A stretch of DNA of 64,000 nt, from NCBI GenBank assembly GCA_035221665.1, contig CM069156.1:23994001-24058000 (forward strand), given 5' to 3'. Source of the DNA: Okamejei kenojei (taxonomy: Eukaryota). Positions 36,401 through 46,500 of this stretch are shown here, piece by piece. Position numbers and translations under genes: made by a program. The notes under the pieces were generated by a model. That model ran no database searches. It was not told the origin of the DNA and saw only the letters and a list, made by a program, of their open reading frames with translations. The number at the start of each line of letters is the position of its first letter. Within the stretch, counting starts at the first letter, position 1.

Positions 36401-37900
36401 TGGATACTTCTGTCACTGTATAACACTGGGGTGCAGTATTGGTGGGGGGGGGGGCGGTCTGCCACAGTATAACACTGGGGTACAGTACTTGTGGGGACTT
36501 CTGTCACTGAGTAACATTAGGCTATTTTCTGTTTAGTCTGGGTCCAGTAGTGGTAGATGCTGGTTTATTACTGTCTAAATTTGATTGGTACGTGTCTCCC
36601 TATGTAGCACTGGGGGCAATATTGGGCTTGTCTCTACACCAGAAAGTGATAGGTACAATTAAGGTGGATTAACAAGCACAGAAATGTTTGATTAAGGCAG
36701 TGGCTGGAATTGGTTCTGCCACTGTTTACTGGCAGTATGGAATTATTGAATACCCTGGGTCGGGGCATTACTTGTGTCTGAACATCCGTGCTGATCTGGA
36801 TCCAACCCTGGTGATTGCTGCTGTCGCCTTGCTGAGCTACAGAGCCATTGGATACAGCAGATGATCTGCCAGGTGGGTCCTTGGTACCAGGGTTTAGGAA
36901 GCAGTTGGGCTTTGGACAGTTCTGGACCCATGTTATGTCAGGAGTGGTGCTCTTCAGCATTTTGGGAAGGCCAGGGTTAGCCTTATTGTGAGGCCACACA
37001 GTTACCAGCGATCACTGTATGAAAACCTACCCAAAGAGCAGCTGAGTGAAATTTGCCACAGATTGTAACCTCTGCTTGCCTTGGAGATCTACATTTGAAA
37101 TGGACGTACCAGGTGTAGTGTGTTACTGCTGGTCCCTGGTTCCACAGTGCATAATGTGCTTCATTATTTGCTGTGCCTATATCTGTGTGCTCCTGCTGCT
37201 GCTGTTTATTGACTAGTTTAAATAAAGATTTTTGATTGGATTATCAGTTTTCCCCTCCCCTTATTCAATGTTAGTATATGGTATCTCAGTGTGAAATCTT
37301 CTACCCCCACAGAAAGCATAGCACATGGTGGCAGGGCCCAGTGGAAGAAGAGGAACCAGTTGCATTTCCTGCAACGTTGGACCTCTTCACCCATAAACAT
37401 CTCGCCCCTGACTGGACTTCAGTCGTTCATGAATCAAAGCAAAACAGTACAAACGCTGGAGATACTTAGGAGATTGGGTATCGTGTGTGGAGAGATACAA
37501 GAGTGAATAGGAACTAGAACAGGTTCCCAGCATCGACTGAGCAAGAAGTGGGGCAACAAGTGCTTGTGGTCCAAGAGAAGGCACCTGCAGGTGCAGCCCG
37601 TGGAGTATCTATTACATGACGATAGGGCGCATCAATAAAGGCTGCACCTGGGTGACTGGGAGAGCTGACACAACCTATCTGAGTGGAGAACTCAGACCCT
37701 GGTTGCTTTGTTCCTGTGCCAGGGACTACGGCCTCAGGTGCAGTAGAGTGTGTCATTTAATCTGCTCCTTTCATCCTGCCTACAGGGGGACGTTTCGCTT
37801 TGAGAGGCCCGAGGGCTCACAGCTCGATGTGCGGATCCCACCCTTCTCCCTGGAGAGCAATAAGGATGACAAGGCTCCCCCTGCTGGCTACAGCTGGTAG
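9736..37900 (+). CDS. POLDIP2: POLDIP2/PDIP38 (YccV-like + ApaG/DUF525 domains), 11 coding exons, ~360 aa using the distal last exon
   Basis: Exons 9736-9869, 10590-10671, 12070-12167, 13799-13898, 15322-15397, 18784-18891, 19826-19962, 21897-21923, 22468-22593, 25177-25256 and 37786-37900. All are GT-AG and in frame (1083 nt). Motifs include NRPEGKVLETVGVFE, GKTHTYYQVLID, WQEKNHPWLELSDVHRETT, QLRERHWRI, GRGVVG and DVRIPPFSLES. Confidence 0.97.
10590..10671 (+). CDS. POLDIP2: POLDIP2 exon 2
   Basis: ccccag|NRPEGKVLETVGVFEAPKQQGKYETGQ|gtaaga. Confidence 0.96.
11305..11790. mobile_element. Two tRNA-derived SINE copies in opposite orientations
   Basis: GGTTCGATCC B-box on the minus-strand copy and the ctcccacattc core in both; related copies at ~1870-2000, 12360-12480, 12920-13110, 26860-27110 and 29245-29435. 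Confidence 0.7.
12070..12167 (+). CDS. POLDIP2: POLDIP2 exon 3
   Basis: ctgcag|LFLHSVFGYRGIVLFPWHARLYDRDVTSSSPD|gtacaa. Confidence 0.96.
13799..13898 (+). CDS. POLDIP2: POLDIP2 exon 4
   Basis: tcacag|KPESSGTQGSKEVKGKTHTYYQVLIDTRDCPHI|gtaagt. Confidence 0.96.
15322..15397 (+). CDS. POLDIP2: POLDIP2 exon 5
   Basis: tttcag|SQRSQTEAVTFLANHDDSRALYAIP|gtaaac. Confidence 0.96.
17268..18065 (+). mobile_element. Degenerate Tc1/mariner transposase remnant in POLDIP2 intron 5
   Basis: HTH SRREIAKLVGVSQVSVSRIVK, then VLFSEESH, KHPEKMMFW and GIFQQD, with frameshifts and stops. Confidence 0.8.
18784..18891 (+). CDS. POLDIP2: POLDIP2 exon 6
   Basis: tcttag|GLDYVSHEDILPYSSSDRSPIQHELFDRFLSYDSAK|gtttgt. 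Confidence 0.96.
19826..19962 (+). CDS. POLDIP2: POLDIP2 exon 7
   Basis: ccctag|LPFIARDTLRAWQEKNHPWLELSDVHRETTENIRVTVIPFYMGMR|gtaagg. Confidence 0.96.
20438..21493. mobile_element. Non-autonomous TIR DNA transposon (hAT-like) in POLDIP2 intron 7
   Basis: TIRs TAGCAATGTTACAAAA / TTTTGTAACATACCTA (14/16); flanks cttctct (20431-20437) / cttcttt (21494-21500). Confidence 0.7.
21897..21923 (+). CDS. POLDIP2: POLDIP2 exon 8 (27-nt micro-exon)
   Basis: ttgcag|EAQNSHVYW|gtaagt. Confidence 0.95.
22468..22593 (+). CDS. POLDIP2: POLDIP2 exon 9
   Basis: cctcag|WRYCIRLENLGTEVVQLRERHWRIFSLSGTLETVRGRGVVGR|gtgagt. Confidence 0.96.
25177..25256 (+). CDS. POLDIP2: POLDIP2 exon 10
   Basis: gtttag|EPVLSKEQPAFQYSSHVSLQAPSGHM+TG|gtgagt (phase 2). 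Confidence 0.96.
27110..29010 (-). mobile_element. Old degenerate CR1-like LINE (EN/RT remnants)
   Basis: KGKSHLNNL and other RT-like and endonuclease-like pieces, heavily disrupted. Confidence 0.6.
32140..32269 (+). CDS. POLDIP2: POLDIP2 alternative last exon 11A (duplicate)
   Basis: ttccacag|G completes Trp, then GSYRFESTNRSLLDVRIPPFSLESNNGDSPNGFLPGPFASLT*; not reported in this frame in the ORF track. Confidence 0.85.
32719..32724 (+). terminator. Candidate poly(A) signal for exon 11A
   Basis: ATTAAA ~450 nt after the 11A stop, followed by U/GU-rich sequence. Confidence 0.4.
34600..34830. repeat. Degenerate ~33-bp tandem repeat
   Basis: Recurring tcaaaggga(g)tg...gggccc...gtgag. Confidence 0.7.
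35585..35696 (+). CDS. POLDIP2: POLDIP2 alternative last exon 11B (duplicate)
   Basis: tttcacag|G then GSFTFQRPGSSTFDVSIPSFSLESSSEDGGPFSSPV*. Confidence 0.78.
36290..36620. repeat. Degenerate tandem repeat in the putative 11B 3'UTR
   Basis: Recurring ctgtcactgta(t)aacactggggtacagtattggtgg. Confidence 0.7.
37221..37226 (+). terminator. Candidate poly(A) signal for exon 11B
   Basis: AATAAA followed by T-rich sequence, between the 11B stop and the 11C acceptor. Confidence 0.5.
37786..37900 (+). CDS. POLDIP2: POLDIP2 last exon 11C (closest to the mammalian C-terminus)
   Basis: cctacag|G then GTFRFERPEGSQLDVRIPPFSLESNKDDKAPPAGYSW*. Confidence 0.95.
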
Positions 37901-40900
37901 ATGGCCATTTGCTGGACCCTGACCTCGCAGGGGCTGCTGCTGCTGCCTGGAACTGAGGGGAATGGGGAGAAGCGAAGGAGAAAGTCTTCGAGTCAGCCTG
38001 TTGCAAACGTCCTGGGTTTGCTGTGTAAAACGTGATCACATTGTTGTAAAGCTCCTTTGAAATTGGTCTCTGGGACTGATGTATTATTGAAGGAGGAAAT
38101 TATGGGTTGAAGGGGGTTAGGGCAGGGAGCGATTGGGATGAAGGAAAGGTGGAATGGGAGCTGCAAATCCTTTGCTTCACATATTCAGATGTAGTCAGTC
38201 TTGGAAGGTGGAATGGAGTTGGGTTTCTCTGCTCATCGATCTTCCTGTCAAGTAACTATCCAACCCCTTTCCCTCCAAACCCTACCCATGCATATTTGAA
38301 AGAAACAGCATAAGGTGTCCACGAGCAGTGCAGCTCTCAGTGGCCAGACCCCAGCCAGCTGACCCAGTCTGATTGGTATCTCACCTGCTGAAAGTGTCCC
38401 CACTGGAGACATTGAAACACCACCTGCAGCAAAGGTGAATTTCCAGCATCTTCTGTCTCCTGTGTCTCTATTCTTTCACCTAAGCCACTGAGTCCTTGTC
38501 ATCACCCTGCACATGGTGGCTGAACTTCTAGATAATCCGTGGCTGATACTCTGTGTTCACAGGATGAATGTTGCCGGCCCTGGTTTGTTCTGGCCTTTTC
38601 CTGCCTCCAGTGCTCCCATTCCCCTCCACCTCCCCACTTACAGTCTGAAGAAGAATTGCGACCTGAAACATCACCCATCCTTTTTCTCCAGAGATGCTGC
38701 ATGACCCACTGAGTTACTCCAGCTATCTTTGGTATAAATGAGCATCTGCAGTTCCTTTAATGTGTGTCAGCCAGCTGGTGTCTGGAGAGGGCCAATTGGA
38801 GGTAAGGGGCATGGGTGCAGCCCATGGCTGCGGGCTATATCACCGACTCCTTGGCTGGCCTTGCCTCACGAAGGCAGGGTATTGGCATGTATGCTGTTGC
38901 CACTCTTGGCCACAATGCCAGTTGGTTTCTGCTCCACGGCAGGTGCTGCCTTGGCTGGGTGCACTGTCGGTAGATCAACTCTCAGTTTGGCCAGGTCCGA
39001 TTCCTGCTTTCTCAGACTGGAGCCAAATGCACATGATTAGCTTAAGGAGCAAAGAAGCATGTCTGACACAGTGGGCGGTGGGGATGGCTGAAGTCCCTGA
39101 GCAGCCCTTGGACAGACGATAGATTCAGCTGCCTTTCCCATCCCTTAACTGAGAACACTGCTTTCTCCCTTGTGCTTCCTGCTTCCCTTTAAATATTAAC
39201 TGGGAAGGCATTTAACGAGGGAAATCCTAAAAATATTTTTATTACCAACCGAGGCAAGGCCGTTCAGCCCATCGAGCTGATCCCCCGACCCATGTATTTG
39301 CTTCCTATGGTATGCAGTGCCCGTTAGAATGCTCCAATGGATGTGCTGTCCCTGTCCTGTGATGCCCACAGATGCCAGCAGAGGGCTGTGTCACTCTGAC
39401 CAGTGGTTGTGGGGAGCTTGTAGGATTTTGCTGGGATAAATAATTTCCTGCTGGGAATGGCAGGTATGTGCTCCGCTGATCCTGGCAGGAGACCAGCACT
39501 GGGGAATGTGCTGCCTTCCCCTTCAGCGACTGTGGAGTGCCGGAACTGGAATTTAGCCCTGTCCTTGCAATGAGCAGGACACGGAGAATGTGGCTCCCAA
39601 CTCTTGCACTGACTCTGTCTGTTATTAATCTGCTTTAAAATCATTCCCAGATGGTGCAGGGCGAGGTTCGTTCCACAGTGTTTCAGTCTGTCTATACTTA
39701 ACCCCTCAGCAACCTCCATCCCAGTCTGCAGGTTTATGCCCTGTGGTCCCGGTGGCTGACAGACAACAACTCTAACATGTAGGCTTGTGGGACAAGATGG
39801 GACATTTCAGAGCTATGGGGCAGAGACCGCCTGGTGCCTAGACAATGATCCCATGCAGGGCATTCTTTCCTTCCCTCCGCCAGTGGGAGAGCGAGCTGCA
39901 CCAGTGATTGCTGGCCCACAGCTTGCCCTGTCTGCACAACACCTGAACACCCACCATGTATCTGGTCAGCGCCATGTCTGTGGGCACAATGGCTTCCAGT
40001 AAGTGTGAAGGCCCTGTCCTTAAGAGAATCCTGATCACATATCTGGGGGACCTGTGAAGCCTTCAACGGTCAAAGACTGTGTCGGGCAGCCAATCCTATA
40101 AAATAAGGATATCTTTCAGTCAGTATGCGCACAGGATTCTCCTGCAAATAACAGTCATCATAGAACTGGTGGGCCGAGGGGCCTGTGACTGCTGTACAAC
40201 TCTACAATTTCATACGTATGTTAAATGATATAAATCGATAAATATTGGCCGGGATGGGGTGTAGTTTTCCACTTTGTTAGTGCTGTAGGATCCCTTATGT
40301 CCTCGTATGAGATACTCAGAAGGCAGGGCCCAGATGGTGTGGCTCTACCTGGGCATGGGAATGTCACTCTGAATTACACTGCGGATCCTGGAGTAGGAGT
40401 GGACTGAGATTAGCACTGTTGGACCCGTTACTGCCCAGAAAGCCGGGAATCTACCCAGCTGTTAGCTTACCTGGGCAGGTACTTACTGCAAACCAGCCAG
40501 AAATGCCAAAACACAAAGGGTTAAGTGGGATTCAGCAACTGAAGAAAATGTCATATTAGTTTTAAAAATGTTACTCGTGAAACTCAGGCTGAGGGAGGTG
40601 GCTACAACATTGGTGGACAATTGGTTATTGGCATCCAGCACCCTGATTGTTCTTGTGGATTGGAAGGCAGCAAATATGATCCCACTGTAAGAAAGGAAGG
40701 AGGGAGAGATACAGGGAATGACCAACCTGTTTCATAATGGCAGAGGTGGAGAAAATGCTGAACACTATAATGGGTGGAACACCGCAAAGAAAAATAGGTT
40801 TGAACAGAGTCAACATGGTTTGATGACATTAAAATTATGCTTGACCTTTCCACTGGAAATCTTTGATGATGTGATTGGTAGAATAGTTGAGGGGAACCAG

Positions 40901-41153
40901 GTGTATTGGATTATTAGAAAGCTTTTCAATAAAGTCCCCTCGGGGAATTAGTCAAACAAAATTCCAGGCTTTGCCCCTTCTTCAGAACTGGACGGTCAGA
41001 CCTACAATGGTAAGTGCTTTTTTCCACATGCTCTCCCTTATTTTCTGAGTTTTTTCAGCATTTTCTGCAAGCGATGAAGGAACTGGTACATTTGGAGAAA
41101 TTTGGAGGACTTGAGTAGAGATGTCTTGCTGCGATTATGTAGGATCTTACTAA

Positions 41154-42826
41154 CAGCGCCCTCCATAATGTTTGGGACAAAGACCCCTCTTATTTATTTG
41201 CCTCTGTACTCCGCAATACAAGATTTGTAATAGAAAAAAAAATCACATTTGGTAAGAGTGCACCTCGTCAGATTTTAGTAAAGGCAATTTCAGTACATTT
41301 TGGCTTCACCATGTAGAAATTACAGCTGTGTTTATACATAATCTCCCCCCCTCCCCCCACCACCACCATCATTTCAGGTCACCATAATATGGGACACAGC
41401 AATGTTATGTAAATGAAATTAGTCGTGTTTAGTATATTGTTGCATATCCTTTGCATGCAATGACTGCTTGAAGTCTGCGATTCATGGACATCATCAGTTG
41501 TTTGGTGTCTTCTCTGGTGAAGCTCTGCCAGGCCTGTATTGCAGCCATCTTTAGTTTATGCTTGTCTTGGAGGCAAGTCCCTCTCAGTTTTCTCTTCAGC
41601 GTATAAAAGGCATGCTCAATTGGGTTCAGATCGGGTGAATGACTGCCACTCAAGAATTGTAATTTTTTAGCTTTGAAAAACTCCTTTGTTGCTTTAGCAG
41701 TATGTTTGGGATCATTGTCTTGCTGTAGAATGAACCACCAGCCAATGAATTTTTAGACATTTGTTTGAACTTGAACAGAGGATGTGTCCATACACTTCAG
41801 AATTCATTATGCTATTAACATCAGCAGTTGTATCATCAATGAAGATAAGTGAGCCAGTACCTTTAGCAGCCATACGTACGCAGGCCATAACACCCCCACT
41901 ATCGTGTTTCACAGATGAGCGAGTATGCCTTGGATCTTGGGCAGTTCCTTCTCTCCTCCATACTTTGTTCTTGCCATCACTCTAATATAAGTTAATCTTC
42001 GCCGCATCTGTCCTCAAGACCTTTTCCCTGAACTGTGGTTGCTTTTAAGTACTTCTTAGCAAACTGTAACCCGGCCATCCTATTTTTGCAGCTAACCTGT
42101 GGTTTGCATCTTGCAGTGTAGTCTCTGTATTTCAGTTCATGAAGTCTTCTGCAGACAGTGGTCATTGACAAATCCACACCTGACTCCTGAAGAGTGTTTC
42201 TGATCTGTCGGACAGGTGTTTGGAGGTTTTTCATAATTATAGAGAGTATTCTTCTATCATCAGTTGTGGAGGTCTCTCCTTGGCCTGCCAGTCCATTTGC
42301 GATTAGTAAGCTCACCAGTGCTATCTTTCTTCTTAATGATGCTCCAAACAGTTGATTTTGGTACGCCTAAGGTTTGCCTGGTGTCTCTAACAGTTTTATT
42401 CTTGTTTCTCAGTCTCATCATGGCATCTTTGACTTTCATTGACACAACTTTGGTTCTCATGTTGATAAACAGCAATAACTGTTTCCAAAAGTGATGGAAA
42501 GACTGGAGGAAAGACTAGGTGCTGATAGTTCTCATACCTGTATTAAGGAGGCAATTAAACACACCTGAGCAATTACAAATACCTGTGAAGCCATGTGTCC
42601 CAAACATTGTGGTGCCCTGAAATCGGGGGGGAGGGGGGTCTATGTATAAACACAGCTGTAATTTCTACATGGTGAAACCAAAATGTATAAAAACACCCTG
42701 TAATAAAATCTGACTGGGCACTTTAACCACATGTGATTTTTTTTCTATTACAAATCTCAAATTATGGAGTACAGAGGCAAGTAAATAAATGATGGGTCTT
42801 TGTCCCAAACATTATGGAGGGCACTG
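41154..42826 (-). mobile_element. Near full-length IR/DR-type Tc1 transposon (~1.67 kb) with a pseudogenised transposase
   Basis: ~230-245-bp inverted repeats beginning CAG(C/T)GCCCTCCATAATGTTTGGGACA, with inner direct repeats and a right-flank TA. Transposase fragments span 41429-42475 (LGVPKSTVWSIIKK, TGRPR, MKHDSGGVMA, SPDLNPIE). Inserted in a CR1 remnant. Confidence 0.92.
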
Positions 42827-43339
42827 TATTTTCATCTTACCTAAATAAATGTACTTGCAATGGGAAAATAACAGCAGTGTCTTCGATTCATCAGTGGATC
42901 CTGGGATGGTGGCTCTAAGGTAGGAGGAGAGATTGATTCAACGTTGCCGACTTCTGAAGTTTAGAAGCGGGTACATTGTGGGGTTGTACAAGCAGTATCA
43001 AGGACTTGGGCATAAAGTTGGAAGTTTAGAAGGGATGGGAGGGGTGGGGGTATTTTCCACTGATAGAGTGTTCGTAATCTGGAACAGATGTCAGAAGGTA
43101 TGGTGGAGCAGAGATGTTGCAATGCTTAATCAGGGAATCACCAACTCATTTACTAGTCCCAGCTTCTCTCACCAAAACATGATGGGTTACAGACCAAGTG
43201 CTAGAAAATGGGAAAGGGATAAATATAGGTGCGTCGAACAGCACTGAAACCAGCCCTTCTGCCTAACGCATCCATGCCGGCCAAGTTGCCCCACCTACTT
43301 AGTCCCTCGCATTTGGCCCATATCCTACAAAACCTTAGA

Positions 43340-44010
43340 TAGACGCAAAGCTGGGGTAACTCAGCGGGTCAGAGAGCATCTCTGGAGAAAAGGAATGGGT
43401 GACGTTTTGGGTTGCAACGGTTTTTCAGACCGAGTCAGGGGAAAGGGAAGTGAGAGATATAGACAGTGATAAAGAGCAAATTAATGAAATATAACGATGA
43501 TAAAGTGAACAGGCCATTGTTGACTGTGGCTTATGTGAAAACTCAATAAGAATTGGCGCTGGTACAACGACTTGGGTGGGGGAGGGAAGGAGAGACGGAT
43601 ACATGGGTTACCTGAAATTAGAGAAATCCTAATTCGTACCAAGCGAAATATGAGGTGTTGTTCCTCCAACTTGCGTTTGGCCTCACTCTGACAATTGAGG
43701 AGGGCAGGACAGAAACGTCAGCGTGGGAATGGGAAGGTAGGCCCAGGCAGACTGAGCGAAGGTTTTCGGCGAAATGATCGCCTCGCCTACTTTTGGTCTA
43801 TCAGATGTGTACGAGCCCACACGTTGAACAACTGATACAGTGGATGAGGTTGGAGGAGGTGCAAATGAACCTCTGCCTAACCTGTAAAAGTTGAAAAGTA
43901 AGAACTACCCAGTTGCGACTAGGGGGAGGGAGACCAAAAGCGGAACTGCGGGGTACCGAGAAGGCACCCGTGAAGGCCTCGCCCCATGAGGAACGAGGAA
44001 CATCTCGGAT
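43340..44010 (-). mobile_element. Penelope-like element fragment
   Basis: EEQHLIFRL motif and the same terminal repeat as the 4.3-kb copy. Confidence 0.7.
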
Positions 44011-44728
44011 GTCTTGGTATGGAACACCTAATTTTGGGCCCTCTCAGCTGCAGAGCCCTCTCCTGCCTAACTGCCTGGGCCTCCTGCCCACACCCTCCAT
44101 CTGCGAATTATGCCTCTGGGCTGTGTTCCCTCTGACTCACTGTCAGTTGTTCCCGGGGCCGGGAGGGGCGGCTCACAGCGTCCACAAACAAAGTCATCTG
44201 CAGCGGAGGCTGACGTCTTCCCCCAGCCGCACAACCCAACACGATCTCAACCCAGACTCCTCATTCACAACAACACTCTGTCGCATTTTAAAGAACCAAT
44301 CCCAGGGAGCACGGGGCAAAAATAACTGCTGGAAATCTGAAATGGAAACTAACTGCCATAAATTCTCAACCGGCCGGGCAGCGCCTGTGGCTAGAGAAAT
44401 ATTCCCGTTCCGATTAAAAGTCTTCAACGAAAACTTTGCTCTCTCCACAGATGCTGTTGAATGTTTTCAGAATTTTCTGCTGTTAATACAGTTCCGGGAA
44501 TAAATAAACCAGTGTTTGATTCTCACCTTCAAACCGATTATACCCAATCGAACCAGCGACGAGTGCCCCCGAGCTAACCAGGGGCTAACTATATCCCACC
44601 ACCCTACAACTAACCAGGGATTAACTACTCCAATTAGCCAGGGACTAGCTACACCTGGCCGCTCTCCGGCTCCCCTGGGACTAACTACACCCGCGAGCCC
44701 GCTAATTAACCAATGTTTGACTGCAGAA

Positions 44729-44764
44729 GGGTCTGAAGAAGGGTCTCGCCCCGAAACGTCACCC
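44729..44764 (+). ncRNA. Minimal type-I hammerhead ribozyme motif in a Penelope-derived repeat
   Basis: GGGU-CUGAAGA-A-GGG(UCUCGC)CCC-GAAACGUC|ACCC: catalytic core, stem II, palindromic ACGU stem III and stem I GGGU/ACCC. Confidence 0.55.
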
Positions 44765-45119
44765 ATTCCTTCTCTCCAGAGATGCTGCCTGCATCTCTCC
44801 ATCTCTGAGTTACTCCAGCATTTTGTGTCTATCTTTGGCCAAATCTTTGTGTCTATCTCAGGGACGAACTACACCCGACCGCCCTCCAACCACCCAGGGA
44901 TTAATTGCACCCACTGTCCTCCGGTTGGCGAGACTTCGCTGGGAACGTGTTTCGTATGATGGGGTGGCGGCTGCCCGTGCCGGGGTTATGAACAAACGTC
45001 GCCCATTCCTTCTCTCCAGAGATGCTGCCTGTCCCGTTGTGATACTCCAGCATTTTCTGTCTATCTGCTGTATCCCGTTTACCAGGGTGGAAGGGCTGAA
45101 CGGCCTCCTGCTATTTCTT

Positions 45120-45452
45120 TATATAACCATATAACAATTACAGCACGGAAACAGACCATCTCGGCCCTACTAGTCCGTGCCGAACACTTACTCTCACCTA
45201 GTCCCATCTACCTGCACTCAATTCCTTTCCCGTACTTATGCCTATCCAATTTATTTTTAAATGATAAAATCGAACCTGCCTCCACCACTTCCACTGGAAG
45301 CTCATTCCACACAGCTACCACTCTCTGAGTAAAGAAGTTCCCCCTCATGTTACCTCTAAACGTTTGTCCCTTAATTCTCAAATCATGTCCTCTTGTTTGA
45401 ATCTTCCCTACTCTCAATGGAAATAGCTTATCCATGTCAACTATCCACTTAT
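45120..45452 (-). mobile_element. CR1-like LINE 3' end
   Basis: TRGHDLRIKGQTFRGNMRGNFFTQRVVAVWNELP. Confidence 0.85.
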
Positions 45453-45453
45453 G

Positions 45454-45890
45454 ACAGGATGAAAGGGCTGAACGGCCTCCTGCTGTCCCTGTGTAACAGG
45501 ATGAAAGGGCTGAACGGCCTCCTGCTGTCCCTGTGTAACAGGATGAAAGGGCTGAACGGCCTCCTGCTGTCCCTGTGTAACAGGGTGAAATGGGCTGAAC
45601 GGCCTCCTGCTGTCCCGGTGCGAAGGGCTGAACAATCGAAGGGCTGAGGCCTCCTGCATGAAAGGGTGAAAGGGCTGAACGGCCTCCTGCTGTCCCTGTG
45701 TAACAGGGTGAAATGGGCTGAACGGCCTCCTGCTGTCCCTGTGTAACAGGATGAAAGGGCTGAACGGCCTCCTGCTGGCCCTGTGTAACAACGGGTGAAA
45801 TGGGAAGGGCTGAACGGCCTCCTGCTGTCCGGTGAAATGGGCTGAACGGCCTCCTGCTGTCCCGGTGCGAAGGGCTGAACGGCCTCCTGA
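45454..45890. repeat. 42-bp minisatellite
   Basis: ACAGGATGAAAGGGCTGAACGGCCTCCTGCTGTCCCTGTGTA, about 10 units with variants. Confidence 0.95.
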
Positions 45891-45929
45891 CTGTGATCTA
45901 ATTAAATTGGGCGGTACCCAGATTTTGAC

Positions 45930-46170
45930 AAACTAATCGACGGTACAGCGACTGCTTCTGCACACAAACCCCGGTGAACGGGCCGGTGCCGCGCTCCGCG
46001 GCGTCGCCTCCCGTTCGGTGTCCGGAGGATGAGCGGCGGCCCTGGCCCGGAGCGTGTGGGCGGGAACCCTTCTCCCTCTCGGCCACAGCCCAGCTATTTA
46101 TAGCGGCTTAAAATAAAGAGACTCTCGCCTGTGAGAGCGCGGCTGGCCCGGAGCAGGATCTCGGCAGGTT
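45930..46170. promoter_or_regulatory. Small CpG-rich element with MEF2/TATA-like CTATTTATAG
   Basis: CpG-dense stretch; CTATTTATAG at 46094-46103 fits YTAWWWWTAR. Confidence 0.4.
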
Positions 46171-46219
46171 TTTGTCTCCACTTCCCAAACAGTCTCGCCC
46201 TCTTCTTGCCAGTCAGTCA

Positions 46220-46500
46220 TCTCTGTCTGTCTGGCTCTCTGTCTTCCTCCCGCTCTCTTGCTACATCTCGCTCTCCATCTCTCCCGGTCTTTCTTTCACT
46301 CTTTCGCCCACTGTTTGTCTGTCTCTGTCTCTCTCTCTCTCTCTCTCCTTATCTCTCTGTTTCTCTGCCTTTCCCTATCTCTCTCCCTCTCTCTGCTCTC
46401 CCGCCTCTACCTCTCTCTCTCTACCCGTCTCTCTATGTGTCTGTCTGTCTCTCCCTTTCTCTTATTCCCTCTCTCTATCCACCTCTGTTTTTCTCTCGTG
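46220..46500. repeat. CT-rich microsatellite / low-complexity tract
   Basis: Degenerate (CT)n and (CTGT)n. Confidence 0.9.
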
